Shown in pieces: positions 56,391 to 64,000 of a stretch of DNA of 64,000 nucleotides. Position 1 is the first letter of the stretch; the number at the start of each line of letters is the position of its first letter. Where the stretch lies: assembly GCF_024400915.1 (NCBI RefSeq), contig NZ_JAKSLX010000014.1. One strand, given 5' to 3'. This DNA comes from Treponema sp. Lineage in GTDB: Bacteria; Spirochaetota; Spirochaetia; Treponematales; Treponemataceae. A program made the position numbers and the translations under genes. The notes beneath the pieces are model-generated. The model worked only from the letters and a program-made list of their open reading frames with translations, had not been told where the DNA came from and made no database searches.

Positions 56391-57228
56391 ATCATCAAAA
56401 AGAAGATTGGTTATCCAGGCCTGCTTTGCCGCCCTCTCCAATGGATATCTAAAAGGATTTGCCAAGGGGAAAATCTATCAGGGCGATCTGAAGTATATAT
56501 GCGTTCCGGGAATGAACTGCTACTCCTGTCCTGGAGCCTTAGGTTCCTGCCCGATCGGAGCATTGCAGGCGACCTTGAACAGCCGTGAATACAGCGTCTC
56601 ACTTTATGTGTTGGGAATCATCTCTCTGTTTGGCATAATATTTGGACGTTTTGTCTGCGGTTTCCTGTGTCCCTTTGGACTCATCCAGGACCTGCTTTAT
56701 AAGATTCCATTCGTCAAGAAAATCAGGGAGCTGAAAGGTGAAAAAATAATCAAAAACTTTAGGTTTTTGATCCTTGGCATTTTTGTGATAATTCTCCCGA
56801 TGTTCATCGTTGACATAACAGGTCTTGGGGAGCCCTGGTTCTGCAAATTCATCTGTCCTGTTGGGACATTGGAAGGTGGAATTCCGCTGCTGATCTTGAA
56901 CAAGACTCTTCGTTCCGCCGCCGGTTTTCTGTTCAGATGGAAGCTGGTGATTCTTATGATCCTCCTGCTGTGCTCTGTTGTCATCTATCGTCCTTTTTGC
57001 AGGTACATCTGTCCTCTTGGTGCAGTTTACGGAATTTTCAACAAGGTCTCATTTATGGGATATAAGGTTGATGAGGCAAAATGCACAAGATGCGGTGCAT
57101 GCCAGAAGACTTGTAAGCTGAACATCAAGGTCTATGAAAATCCAAATTCGATTGATTGCATAAGGTGTGGAGACTGCAAGTCAGCCTGTCCGGGAAAGGC
57201 AATAGAAATTAAAGGATTGGGTAAGTGA
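56383..57228 (+). CDS. membrane 4Fe-4S binding protein (NapH/MauN-like)
   Basis: Repeated CP(F/V/L)G motifs in TM regions and two ferredoxin motifs, CTRCGACQKTC and CIRCGDCKSAC. TTG start overlaps the preceding ORF by 8 nt. Confidence 0.8.
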   Translation: MAKSSKRRLVIQACFAALSNGYLKGFAKGKIYQGDLKYICVPGMNCYSCPGALGSCPIGALQATLNSREYSVSLYVLGIISLFGIIFGRFVCGFLCPFGLIQDLLYKIPFVKKIRELKGEKIIKNFRFLILGIFVIILPMFIVDITGLGEPWFCKFICPVGTLEGGIPLLILNKTLRSAAGFLFRWKLVILMILLLCSVVIYRPFCRYICPLGAVYGIFNKVSFMGYKVDEAKCTRCGACQKTCKLNIKVYENPNSIDCIRCGDCKSACPGKAIEIKGLGK

Positions 57229-58007
57229 TTATGAGCGGAAATGTTTGTGATGACGTGAATATTTTGGGAAGATTTTGTGGCCAGCGGGATGTCGATGCCT
57301 TGACCCAGGATGAAATCAAAAAGATTCTTGGCAAGCCAAAGGCGGATGTGATGGTCCTGTTTGGCGGAAGCATTCTTGCAGGCGGGGAAGTTTTTGCGGA
57401 AGCCATAAGAAATGGTGTTGCCGGGACATATATAATTGTTGGAGGAGCAGGCTACACAACACAGGCTCTTCGAAATGCCATGCATGATCAGTTTCCGGAG
57501 CTGGAGACCGATGGTCGTACCGAGGCTGAGCTCTTCAATGATTATCTTAAGATGCAGTATGGAATTTCTGCGGATTATCTGGAAGTAAAATCCACAAACT
57601 GCGGAAACAATATCACATATCTGCTTGAGATCCTCAAGAACAACGATATTTCATGTGAATCGATAATCCTTTGCCAGGATGCCACAATGCAGAAAAGGAT
57701 GGAAGCAACCCTCAGAAAATATGAGCCTGAGATGAGGATAATCAACTATGCCAGTTACAGGGCAACAGTTCGGGAGGATCTTTCCTTTGAGGAAGATATC
57801 TGGGGCATGTGGGATTTTGAGAGATATCTGTCGCTGCTTATGGGAGAGATTCCACGGCTTACAGACGATGAAAATGGATATGGTCCCTCAGGGAAAAATT
57901 TTATTGCCCATGTTGAGATTCCTCTTGAAGTAAAGGACGCTTTTTTGAATCTGCAGAAACAGTACAAGAATCTGGTCCGTGAAGCAAATCCTGCTTATGC
58001 CGGATGA
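57225..58007 (+). CDS. YdcF family (DUF218) protein
   Basis: Strong resemblance, from memory, to E. coli YdcF: STNCGNN, CQDATMQKR and ERYLSLLMGEIPRLTDDENGYGPSGKNFIAHVEIP. Confidence 0.75.
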   Translation: MIMSGNVCDDVNILGRFCGQRDVDALTQDEIKKILGKPKADVMVLFGGSILAGGEVFAEAIRNGVAGTYIIVGGAGYTTQALRNAMHDQFPELETDGRTEAELFNDYLKMQYGISADYLEVKSTNCGNNITYLLEILKNNDISCESIILCQDATMQKRMEATLRKYEPEMRIINYASYRATVREDLSFEEDIWGMWDFERYLSLLMGEIPRLTDDENGYGPSGKNFIAHVEIPLEVKDAFLNLQKQYKNLVREANPAYAG

Positions 58008-58083
58008 TCTTTAATCTTCTGATTTAAGGAATTGTGCTGAGAGTAGGCAGTGGAATGGAAATATTTTATAATTCCAGGGGATT

Positions 58084-58524
58084 ATGATGAATAGAACCTA
58101 CAATTTTTATGGCTGGCAAACTGCTGACGTTGCCCCCGTTGATGATGAATATAGATCAGTGAAAAATCCTCGGGAACTTTATGATCTGTTGATGAAGATC
58201 TGGTGCGCGGAAACCTGTGCTCCACGTATGCGGGACAAATGGAGGAATTCCCATCCAACATATGGCCAGTGCTCGATTACAGCATTCCTTGCTCAGGATA
58301 TTTTTGGCGGTGAGGTGTATGGAATCCTTCGGGAAGGCGGAAATTATCATTGCTACAATGTGATTGGAGACTGCGTTTTTGACTTGACCAGCGAACAGTT
58401 CGGAGATGAGAAACTGTGTTACGAGAACAATCCTGTTCAGTCCCGGGATGTTCATTTTGCCAAGGAAGAAAAGAGACTGCGCTATGAATATCTCAAATCG
58501 AAATTAAGCGAAATTCTGCAATGA
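58084..58524 (+). CDS. hypothetical protein (possibly YunG-like)
   Basis: 146 aa. The pattern HPTYGQCSITAFLAQDIFGG...HCYN...DLTSEQFG is reminiscent of YunG-family proteins. Low certainty. Confidence 0.5.
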   Translation: MMNRTYNFYGWQTADVAPVDDEYRSVKNPRELYDLLMKIWCAETCAPRMRDKWRNSHPTYGQCSITAFLAQDIFGGEVYGILREGGNYHCYNVIGDCVFDLTSEQFGDEKLCYENNPVQSRDVHFAKEEKRLRYEYLKSKLSEILQ

Positions 58525-58550
58525 TTGATATAAAAAAATCGAGGTAAAAA

Positions 58551-59033
58551 ATGCATTTTGGATTCTCTTATGTGGGCTTGATTTTTATTCTGATGCTGAT
58601 GATTCCAAATCTTGTCTGGACAAAGAATCAGCCTAAGAATTACGAAAAATATGCGGGCAATGAAAATAAGGTTCTTGCCATAATGGAACGGATTGGTGAA
58701 GCTTGTGTAAGCGGATTGCTTCTGATTTTCTCTGATTTCAATTTTCACGGATTCACCTGGTGGTCTTTGTGGCTGCTTGGCGCATTTTTGCTTATGCTGC
58801 TGTATGAGGCTTATTGGATCCGTTATTTTAGAAGCGAAAAAACAATGAAGGATTTCTATTCAGGCATTCTGGGAATTCCTGTGGCAGGAGCAACTTTACC
58901 TGTCGCAGCAAGTGGTCTTCTTTCTGTGTATGGTATGAACCCTTTTTTGATGGTGGCAACCTTGGTGCTTGGAATTGGACATATCGGGATTCATTTGAAT
59001 CATAGAAAAGAAGCTTTTACGGAGGAAAATTAA
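58551..59033 (+). CDS. hypothetical membrane protein
   Basis: 160 aa with about four hydrophobic segments. No family recognised. Confidence 0.55.
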   Translation: MHFGFSYVGLIFILMLMIPNLVWTKNQPKNYEKYAGNENKVLAIMERIGEACVSGLLLIFSDFNFHGFTWWSLWLLGAFLLMLLYEAYWIRYFRSEKTMKDFYSGILGIPVAGATLPVAASGLLSVYGMNPFLMVATLVLGIGHIGIHLNHRKEAFTEEN

Positions 59034-59034
59034 T

Positions 59035-59532
59035 ATGAGAAGAAAAGACAGAGAAATTACAGATTTCAGCCAGTTGGTAAAAATAATCAGTCATTGTGAA
59101 GTTCTGCGTCTTGGCCTTGCGGATGGCGAGTTTCCATACATTGTGCCGCTGAATTTTTCTTATGAGGCTGATGCCGTAAGTGGACAAATTTGCTTTTATG
59201 TTCACGGAGCAATGGCAGGCCGGAAATATGAGCTTCTGAAAAAGAATCCTAAGTGTTCGTTTGAGATGGACAATCTGCTTAAGATTGACTATCTGTATGA
59301 TTGCCATGACATCACGACCCGTTACGAGAGTGTGATGGGAACTGCGGAAGTGGAAGAGATTCCTGATGCCGAAAAGGAAAAGGTGATGCAGGAAAAAGTG
59401 CTTTCCAGATGGGAAGAGGCAAAGACTTTTCCATGGAACCGGGATTCTTTGAAGCGATGCGCAATGTTTAAGATTGTGGTCAAGACTATCAGCGGAAAAA
59501 TGAATCCTTTGAACGGAGGCGCTGATTTATAG
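59035..59532 (+). CDS. pyridoxamine 5'-phosphate oxidase family (FMN-binding) protein
   Basis: The start MRRKDREI and PYIVPLNF are typical of this family. Confidence 0.8.
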   Translation: MRRKDREITDFSQLVKIISHCEVLRLGLADGEFPYIVPLNFSYEADAVSGQICFYVHGAMAGRKYELLKKNPKCSFEMDNLLKIDYLYDCHDITTRYESVMGTAEVEEIPDAEKEKVMQEKVLSRWEEAKTFPWNRDSLKRCAMFKIVVKTISGKMNPLNGGADL

Positions 59533-59574
59533 AAATCGGTGACTGATTTTAGGGAAGTTACAGGAGACGAGATT

Positions 59575-60030
59575 ATGTCAGTTAAGATTTTACCTTTTAC
59601 GATTGAAGATTATGATGCTGTGATTGAGCTTTGGAACAGCGTGGGAATGAGTAAGCGTGCCCTTAACCCGGTTGATGACAGCAGAATCGGAATCGAACGT
59701 TATTTGCGCCGAAATCCTTCAACCTGTTTTAAAGCGGTTTCTGAAGACGGAGAACTTGCTGGAGTTATTTTAAGTGGCCATGACGGGCGACGGGGAATTG
59801 TTCACCATCTGTGCGTTGATCCAAAGGTTCAACGGGGTGGAATCGGAACCATGCTTGTTGAAGCTGCGGAGAAATCCTTGAAGGCTGAAGGTATCCAGAA
59901 AATCTTCATCCTGGTTTTCAACGACAACGAGAAAGGAAACGCCTTCTGGGAAAAGCAAGGCTATTCATTGCGTACAAATCTGAACTACAGGAATAAATCC
60001 TTGAACAGTGAAATTCCGGCTGGGGAATAA
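59575..60030 (+). CDS. GNAT family N-acetyltransferase
   Basis: Acetyl-CoA motif VDPKVQRGGIGTMLV. Start moved to ATG 59575 (GGAG upstream). Confidence 0.85.
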   Translation: MSVKILPFTIEDYDAVIELWNSVGMSKRALNPVDDSRIGIERYLRRNPSTCFKAVSEDGELAGVILSGHDGRRGIVHHLCVDPKVQRGGIGTMLVEAAEKSLKAEGIQKIFILVFNDNEKGNAFWEKQGYSLRTNLNYRNKSLNSEIPAGE

Positions 60031-60060
60031 GCGGAGAGAATGAGATTGAAATGGCAGGAA

Positions 60061-60723
60061 TTAAAGCATTTCCTGTTTACGGCAGTTTTCTATTGCCTCT
60101 AGGAATGGCTCAACTTCCGAAAAATCTTTCTGCATGAGGCTGAGATAGGTGTTTCCGATAAAGGCTTTAAGCTGGGGATCTGGAATGTATTCCGTAAGCA
60201 GCACATAGGTTCTTGCGATGTCATATTCCTTTGGACCGCGGCACAGATTCATGAAATCAATCAAAAACAGATTGTTTTCTGCGGTACGGATTATGTTTCC
60301 TGGATGGAAATCCCCATGGCAAATTATGTTTCCTTCCGGAAGGTTTTCGATGTTCTTGCATCCAAAAAAAGAAAGATAGTCCTTGTAGGAAATGCCTTCT
60401 GTTGTTGTGTTGATGTGAAGCTGTTTTTGGAGATTTGCGAGATCCTGTAGGAGTGCGGTCATCTGTTCCGGAGTCTGGCAAGTCTCCGATTCCTGCAACA
60501 GAGAAGTGCCTTCTATTTTTGAGTAGATAACACCTGTACGATCTTCGATTTCAACCTGCTTAAAGAATTTGGGTGTGTTCAGTGAAGTCTCATTGATTAT
60601 TCTTGTGTTGCTGATTTCCAGCTGGATGGAATTTTTGTCGTAACCCTGTTTGAACAGTTTGCAGACAGTTCCATCTTCCATGTCGAAAACTTCGGCGGTA
60701 TTTCCGATAGCAATAAGTTTCAT
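60061..60723 (-). CDS. phosphotransferase (APH-like kinase) family protein
   Basis: Catalytic loop ICHGDFHPGNII and IDFMN. Confidence 0.7.
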   Translation of the reverse strand: MKLIAIGNTAEVFDMEDGTVCKLFKQGYDKNSIQLEISNTRIINETSLNTPKFFKQVEIEDRTGVIYSKIEGTSLLQESETCQTPEQMTALLQDLANLQKQLHINTTTEGISYKDYLSFFGCKNIENLPEGNIICHGDFHPGNIIRTAENNLFLIDFMNLCRGPKEYDIARTYVLLTEYIPDPQLKAFIGNTYLSLMQKDFSEVEPFLEAIENCRKQEML

Positions 60724-60866
60724 TTTTTAAATTTCCTTTTTTTGATGTTCATAAAACATGTTTGCGTTGATTATACTATGTAAACAGGTTGATTTAAATA
60801 TGCTCCAATTCGTCTGCCCTATTTGAATAACCAAATGTTTATGTTATCTTTTTTACAGGTGCCCTG

Positions 60867-61478
60867 ATGAAGATTTATATTGATTTTGATGATGTGATCT
60901 GCGAAACGGCAAGATATTTCGTGAAAATTGCCAATGAACTTTTTGGAATTAATTTGCCATACAATGAAGTCCAGTTTTTTAATCTGCAGAAAGCCTTTAA
61001 TTTAAATGATGAACAATATGAACAGTTGATGAAGGCAGGTCATACTCCAGAGACTTTGCTTGCCTACGAGGAAACTTTCTGTGCATCAAAAACAATCAAT
61101 AAATGGATTGATGAAGGGCACGATGTCTATGTAATAACCGGACGTCCTTTTGATTCGTATGGACCATCCAGGAAATGGCTCGATGAACATAATCTGAACC
61201 GGGCTCCATTATTCTGTGTCGATAAATACGGACGTGAAAATCATGTTCAGAAATGGACATACAGCATGACCCTTGAAGACCTGTATAAAATGGATTTTGA
61301 TTTTGCTGTTGAGGATTCACCTGCCGCATTTGAACATCTTCTTCATTTTCCAGGATGCAGTGTCGCAGTTTTTGACCGTCCCTGGAACAGGAATGCTGCA
61401 CTGCCTTGCAGAAATTTTATCCGTTGCAATGGATGGTCCGAAATAGATGAACTGCTGCAGACTGTAACGATAAAATAG
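60867..61478 (+). CDS. HAD-type 5'(3')-deoxyribonucleotidase-like protein
   Basis: N-terminal DxDxV nucleophile motif IYIDFDDVICET. Length typical of the NT5C-like family. Confidence 0.55.
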   Translation: MKIYIDFDDVICETARYFVKIANELFGINLPYNEVQFFNLQKAFNLNDEQYEQLMKAGHTPETLLAYEETFCASKTINKWIDEGHDVYVITGRPFDSYGPSRKWLDEHNLNRAPLFCVDKYGRENHVQKWTYSMTLEDLYKMDFDFAVEDSPAAFEHLLHFPGCSVAVFDRPWNRNAALPCRNFIRCNGWSEIDELLQTVTIK

Positions 61479-61499
61479 CAAGGCAAATAAAAGCGAATC

Positions 61500-61946
61500 C
61501 TATGCACAAAAGGGATTTATGACCTTTACTCCATCTACAATCTGACCGTCGGTTAAGTCTTCTGAATAGCAGACAACACAATTCTCGTAACTTGCCGTTG
61601 AAATAATAAGGGAGTCGTAGAATCCAAGCTGATATTTTATTTGAATATCGATTGCTTTTAGAATGATTGGTATGGAAACCTGGACTACCGGGAAAATCGA
61701 AGAATAATCTTCTATATCAAGTTTGACTGTGTTTTTGTCGCGATGAAGTTTTTTTGTAGAGGCATTGTAAAATTCCTGCAAATTTTGAGTCGAAATAATT
61801 CCGTTTCCTTCGTTTGCAACAGATTCGAGTAACTTCTTTGCGATTTCACTTTTTTCAGGATTGCTTGAGTCCCCTGTATAAACAAAAATGTTTGAATCAA
61901 AAAATACTTTGTTATTTGATTTTGTGTTTACAAAATTATTATTCAT
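61500..61946 (-). CDS. PIN-domain (VapC-like) toxin
   Basis: Acidic PIN residues in FFDSNIFVY and FYDSLIISTA. Start moved to ATG 61946 (GGAGG upstream), overlapping the upstream gene by 8 nt. Confidence 0.8.
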   Translation of the reverse strand: MNNNFVNTKSNNKVFFDSNIFVYTGDSSNPEKSEIAKKLLESVANEGNGIISTQNLQEFYNASTKKLHRDKNTVKLDIEDYSSIFPVVQVSIPIILKAIDIQIKYQLGFYDSLIISTASYENCVVCYSEDLTDGQIVDGVKVINPFCA

Positions 61947-62472
61947 ATAATTCCTCCCTGTTCCATTTCCATCCATCAGAATGCCCTGGATACATTTTCT
62001 GTCTTTCCCATATTTTTTCTAATGGACTCTTTTCTTTTTTTGTTTCCAGTTTTGTACTAGCTTCTTCTTTGCTTGATTTCTGAATGATTCCTGCAAGTTC
62101 AGAAAAAACTTCCAGCTGTTTTATAAAGGCAAGTTTTGTAAACATGCTGACTAAAGTAGCAGAATATGATTCTTCTACATTATAGTCAGCTCCAGGATCA
62201 GCTACCGCAAGAATCTTTTCCTTATGTTCAGGAATTTTATATTCCACTTCTTTATGCTCATTTCTTGTTATTTGACGGGTGATTCTATTGTCGATAAGAA
62301 AATCGTATGGAACTTTGTACAAACCGCTGAGGGCAACTACGGTTTTTACAGGAGGTTCCGCTTCTCCATTTTCGTATTTGATATACATCTGTCGGGAAAT
62401 TCCAAGAAATTTTGCGACCGCATTCTGAGAATAATTGAACTGTTCACGAAGAGCTTTTAATGTTTCTTTCAT
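61939..62472 (-). CDS. XRE-family HTH protein (putative antitoxin) with a ~110-aa C-terminal extension
   Basis: HTH FNYSQNAVAKFLGISRQMYIKYENGEAEP. Confidence 0.8.
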   Translation of the reverse strand: MKETLKALREQFNYSQNAVAKFLGISRQMYIKYENGEAEPPVKTVVALSGLYKVPYDFLIDNRITRQITRNEHKEVEYKIPEHKEKILAVADPGADYNVEESYSATLVSMFTKLAFIKQLEVFSELAGIIQKSSKEEASTKLETKKEKSPLEKIWERQKMYPGHSDGWKWNREELYE

Positions 62473-62530
62473 GGTTATAAGATAATGGGAAATGAATGTT
62501 AAGTCAAATAAAATTTACTATGTATGTAAA

Positions 62531-62549
62531 TTATAATAGATTATTATAA
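62531..62549. promoter_or_regulatory. palindromic operator candidate in the XRE/PIN promoter
   Basis: TTATAATA-GAT-TATTATAA, a perfect 8-bp inverted repeat overlapping TATAAT-like boxes, 59-77 nt upstream of the XRE ATG. Confidence 0.4.
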
Positions 62550-62569
62550 CTAAAATCTGAGTCCGGCAT

Positions 62570-62890
62570 TGCATAATTTATCGTTAGGCTTATGAAGTGT
62601 TAGCGATGGTAGCCCCACCGAAGGTGTTACGAAGTAATGCAGCGGCAGCGGAAGGGCGGACGTAGCGACCCAAAGGGGAACACCCAAAAGGCGAGAAAAA
62701 GTTCATAAACGGATTGCTGGAGATTGGTCGCGAATCCATTATATAGTTAAGATGAAAACGCCCGAGGCTTCCAGGAAAATGGCTGTATTAGCGATTCCTG
62801 TCTGCATCGGGCGAATGTGGACCGAAATTCAAATCGGCCATCGGTTCACGGTTTTGGCTGCAAATTGCACCGTGGCAGATTGAATTCTAT
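62570..62890. other. GC-rich, hairpin-rich noncoding region (candidate structured RNA)
   Basis: No ORF of 60 aa or more in any frame. Nested helix CGCCCGA(62759-65)/TCGGGCG(62807-13) with inner CAGGA/TCCTG. Further hairpins are CACC-GAA-GGTG, GGATT/AATCC, CCGA/TCGG and CACGGT/ACCGTG. Confidence 0.4.
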
Positions 62891-62897
62891 TAAAATT

Positions 62898-64000
62898 TTA
62901 TTCAGCTCTAAGATTCTGGAAATATTCACTTGAAACTGGAACTGGTTTTATGGCAGGTGTGCTGAAGAAGTATCCATCATAGCCTTCCAGCTGATATTTG
63001 TAGTTGAATTCTGTGAAGATGTAAGGTTTGCCTTCTGACAAAGAAAGGTCAATTTTTCCCCAATAATTATCAAAATCTTCTTCAAGGTAATCAGCAAGGT
63101 CAATTGTATAATCCAAGGCTGTTCCGTTATCTGCTGCCAACTGCTCTTCTTCTGAGATCTTTTCATCGAAGCATCCGCCAAGCTTTGTTACTACATCATA
63201 AGAGCCATCTTCATTAAGATAAGGACCGTAAGCTTCTGTACCATTTTTCTGTTCAATCAACTGGAAGCTGTGGGTGATGTTATAGGCTTTTGGTGGAATC
63301 ATTTTTGTGATGTGAAGGAGGTGACCGTCAAGAATTTCTGAGTAATCAGTTTCCTGATAGTCCCACTGCATTGGTTTTACACAGCCTTTTCCATGGATTG
63401 TATTTACTTCAAAGAAAAGATATGCGCTGTAGTGGTCTGGATTGTTGTCATCGAACATTACCCAGAAAATATTGCTTGTGTTAGGATTAACTAAAGGATA
63501 AACGATTTCAAAATCACCTGATTCTGTAAGTGTGCCCCAGTCTTCAGCTTCAATTGCTGTTGAGCGGTTTCCGTTTTTGTCAACGTACTGAAGATTTACC
63601 CAATCAATATTGCCGTAATCTGCTGCTTTCTTGAAAACAAATTTAAATCCGTCTGGATGGTCTTCAAAAGAAACCATGCCTGCCAAAGCTTCGAATTCTG
63701 CGTCTCCAGGGAAAATAAGCTTCCACTGTCCGTTCTCAGTTTTCTGGAAACGAGATACGCCATTTCCTTCTACGCCACCGTCAAAATTCTTTACATTGTC
63801 GATGATTTTATAAGAGAAAGTAGAAGATACAGGATCACTTTCTCCAGAATTTGCGGCTCGTGATAAAACTGTTCCATCATTCTTGTAGTTTCTTAAATCT
63901 ACAATTTCAGCAACATGTGGTTTTGATGGGTCAGGTTCTTTTGGACAGCCTGTAAACAATAATGCGCTTGTTGTAGCAAAAATTGCAAAAGCAATTATTA
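62898..64000 (-). CDS. hypothetical lipoprotein; N-terminus runs off the right edge
   Basis: The frame stays open upstream of the listed start, and the rc of 63950-64000 reads ...IIAFAIFATTSALLFTGCPKEP (lipobox LFTGC). The true start is therefore beyond 64000. Confidence 0.6.
   Translation of the reverse strand, partial: IIAFAIFATTSALLFTGCPKEPDPSKPHVAEIVDLRNYKNDGTVLSRAANSGESDPVSSTFSYKIIDNVKNFDGGVEGNGVSRFQKTENGQWKLIFPGDAEFEALAGMVSFEDHPDGFKFVFKKAADYGNIDWVNLQYVDKNGNRSTAIEAEDWGTLTESGDFEIVYPLVNPNTSNIFWVMFDDNNPDHYSAYLFFEVNTIHGKGCVKPMQWDYQETDYSEILDGHLLHITKMIPPKAYNITHSFQLIEQKNGTEAYGPYLNEDGSYDVVTKLGGCFDEKISEEEQLAADNGTALDYTIDLADYLEEDFDNYWGKIDLSLSEGKPYIFTEFNYKYQLEGYDGYFFSTPAIKPVPVSSEYFQNLRAE

Noticed and set aside
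62641-62665. Possible homology between GCAGCGGAAGGGCGGACGTAGC here and GGCGTGGAAGGGTGCGGAGCAGT in the origin module
   Set aside because: The similarity is only ~70% over ~22 nt of G-rich sequence with an indel, which is too weak to claim relatedness without a proper alignment statistic.
62570-62890. The GC-rich region as RNase P RNA, tmRNA, tRNA, SRP RNA or a known riboswitch
   Set aside because: None of the invariant signatures I know are present: GGAAAGTCC for RNase P, a T-loop GGTTCGAATCC, a tmRNA tag ORF, the SRP GGAA motif context, or TPP, B12, fluoride, c-di-GMP, ydaO or ykkC cores. It stays unclassified.

Overview
This is a 64-kb window of roughly 40% GC by eye. It carries about 60 protein genes and I recognised no rRNA, tRNA, CRISPR array, transposase, integrase or phage genes. 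The gene content points to an anaerobic, motile, saccharolytic bacterium, possibly spirochaete/Treponema-like, which is inference only. It includes two methyl-accepting chemotaxis proteins; c-di-GMP enzymes of the GGDEF, degenerate-GGDEF/EAL and HD-GYP types; anaerobic ribonucleotide reductase nrdDG; five glycoside hydrolases (GH43, GH10, GH27, GH26, GH13), none with a signal peptide; three MATE exporters; and sbcCD. The stand-out feature is a complete plasmid-type maintenance cassette at 10.6-13.9 kb. It consists of GGTA/TACC centromere-like repeats, ParA, a small RHH-like protein, an ~800-bp noncoding field of 16-bp iterons (TGGAnnTnnGTAGTyr) and a Rep_3-like initiator. The cassette sits exactly where gene orientation flips from minus to plus. 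A ~195-bp block of this origin (2 iterons, a G-rich ~105-nt module, 2 iterons) is duplicated 9.6 kb away at 21.9-22.15 kb, and the module is the best-conserved part (6 mismatches in 105 nt). Single copies of specific iteron variants also occur elsewhere, three of them inside coding sequences. I consider the duplicated module (candidate structured RNA or single-strand initiation signal) and the dispersed iterons to be the most novel signals. Secondary items are a ~320-nt GC-rich, hairpin-rich, ORF-poor region next to an XRE/PIN toxin-antitoxin pair; a 133-aa FliG-N/FliF-C-like mini-protein coupled to a diguanylate cyclase; an NrdR box; and an unlisted 45-aa CXXC ORF. All functional calls rest on motif recognition by eye. 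No database search was run.
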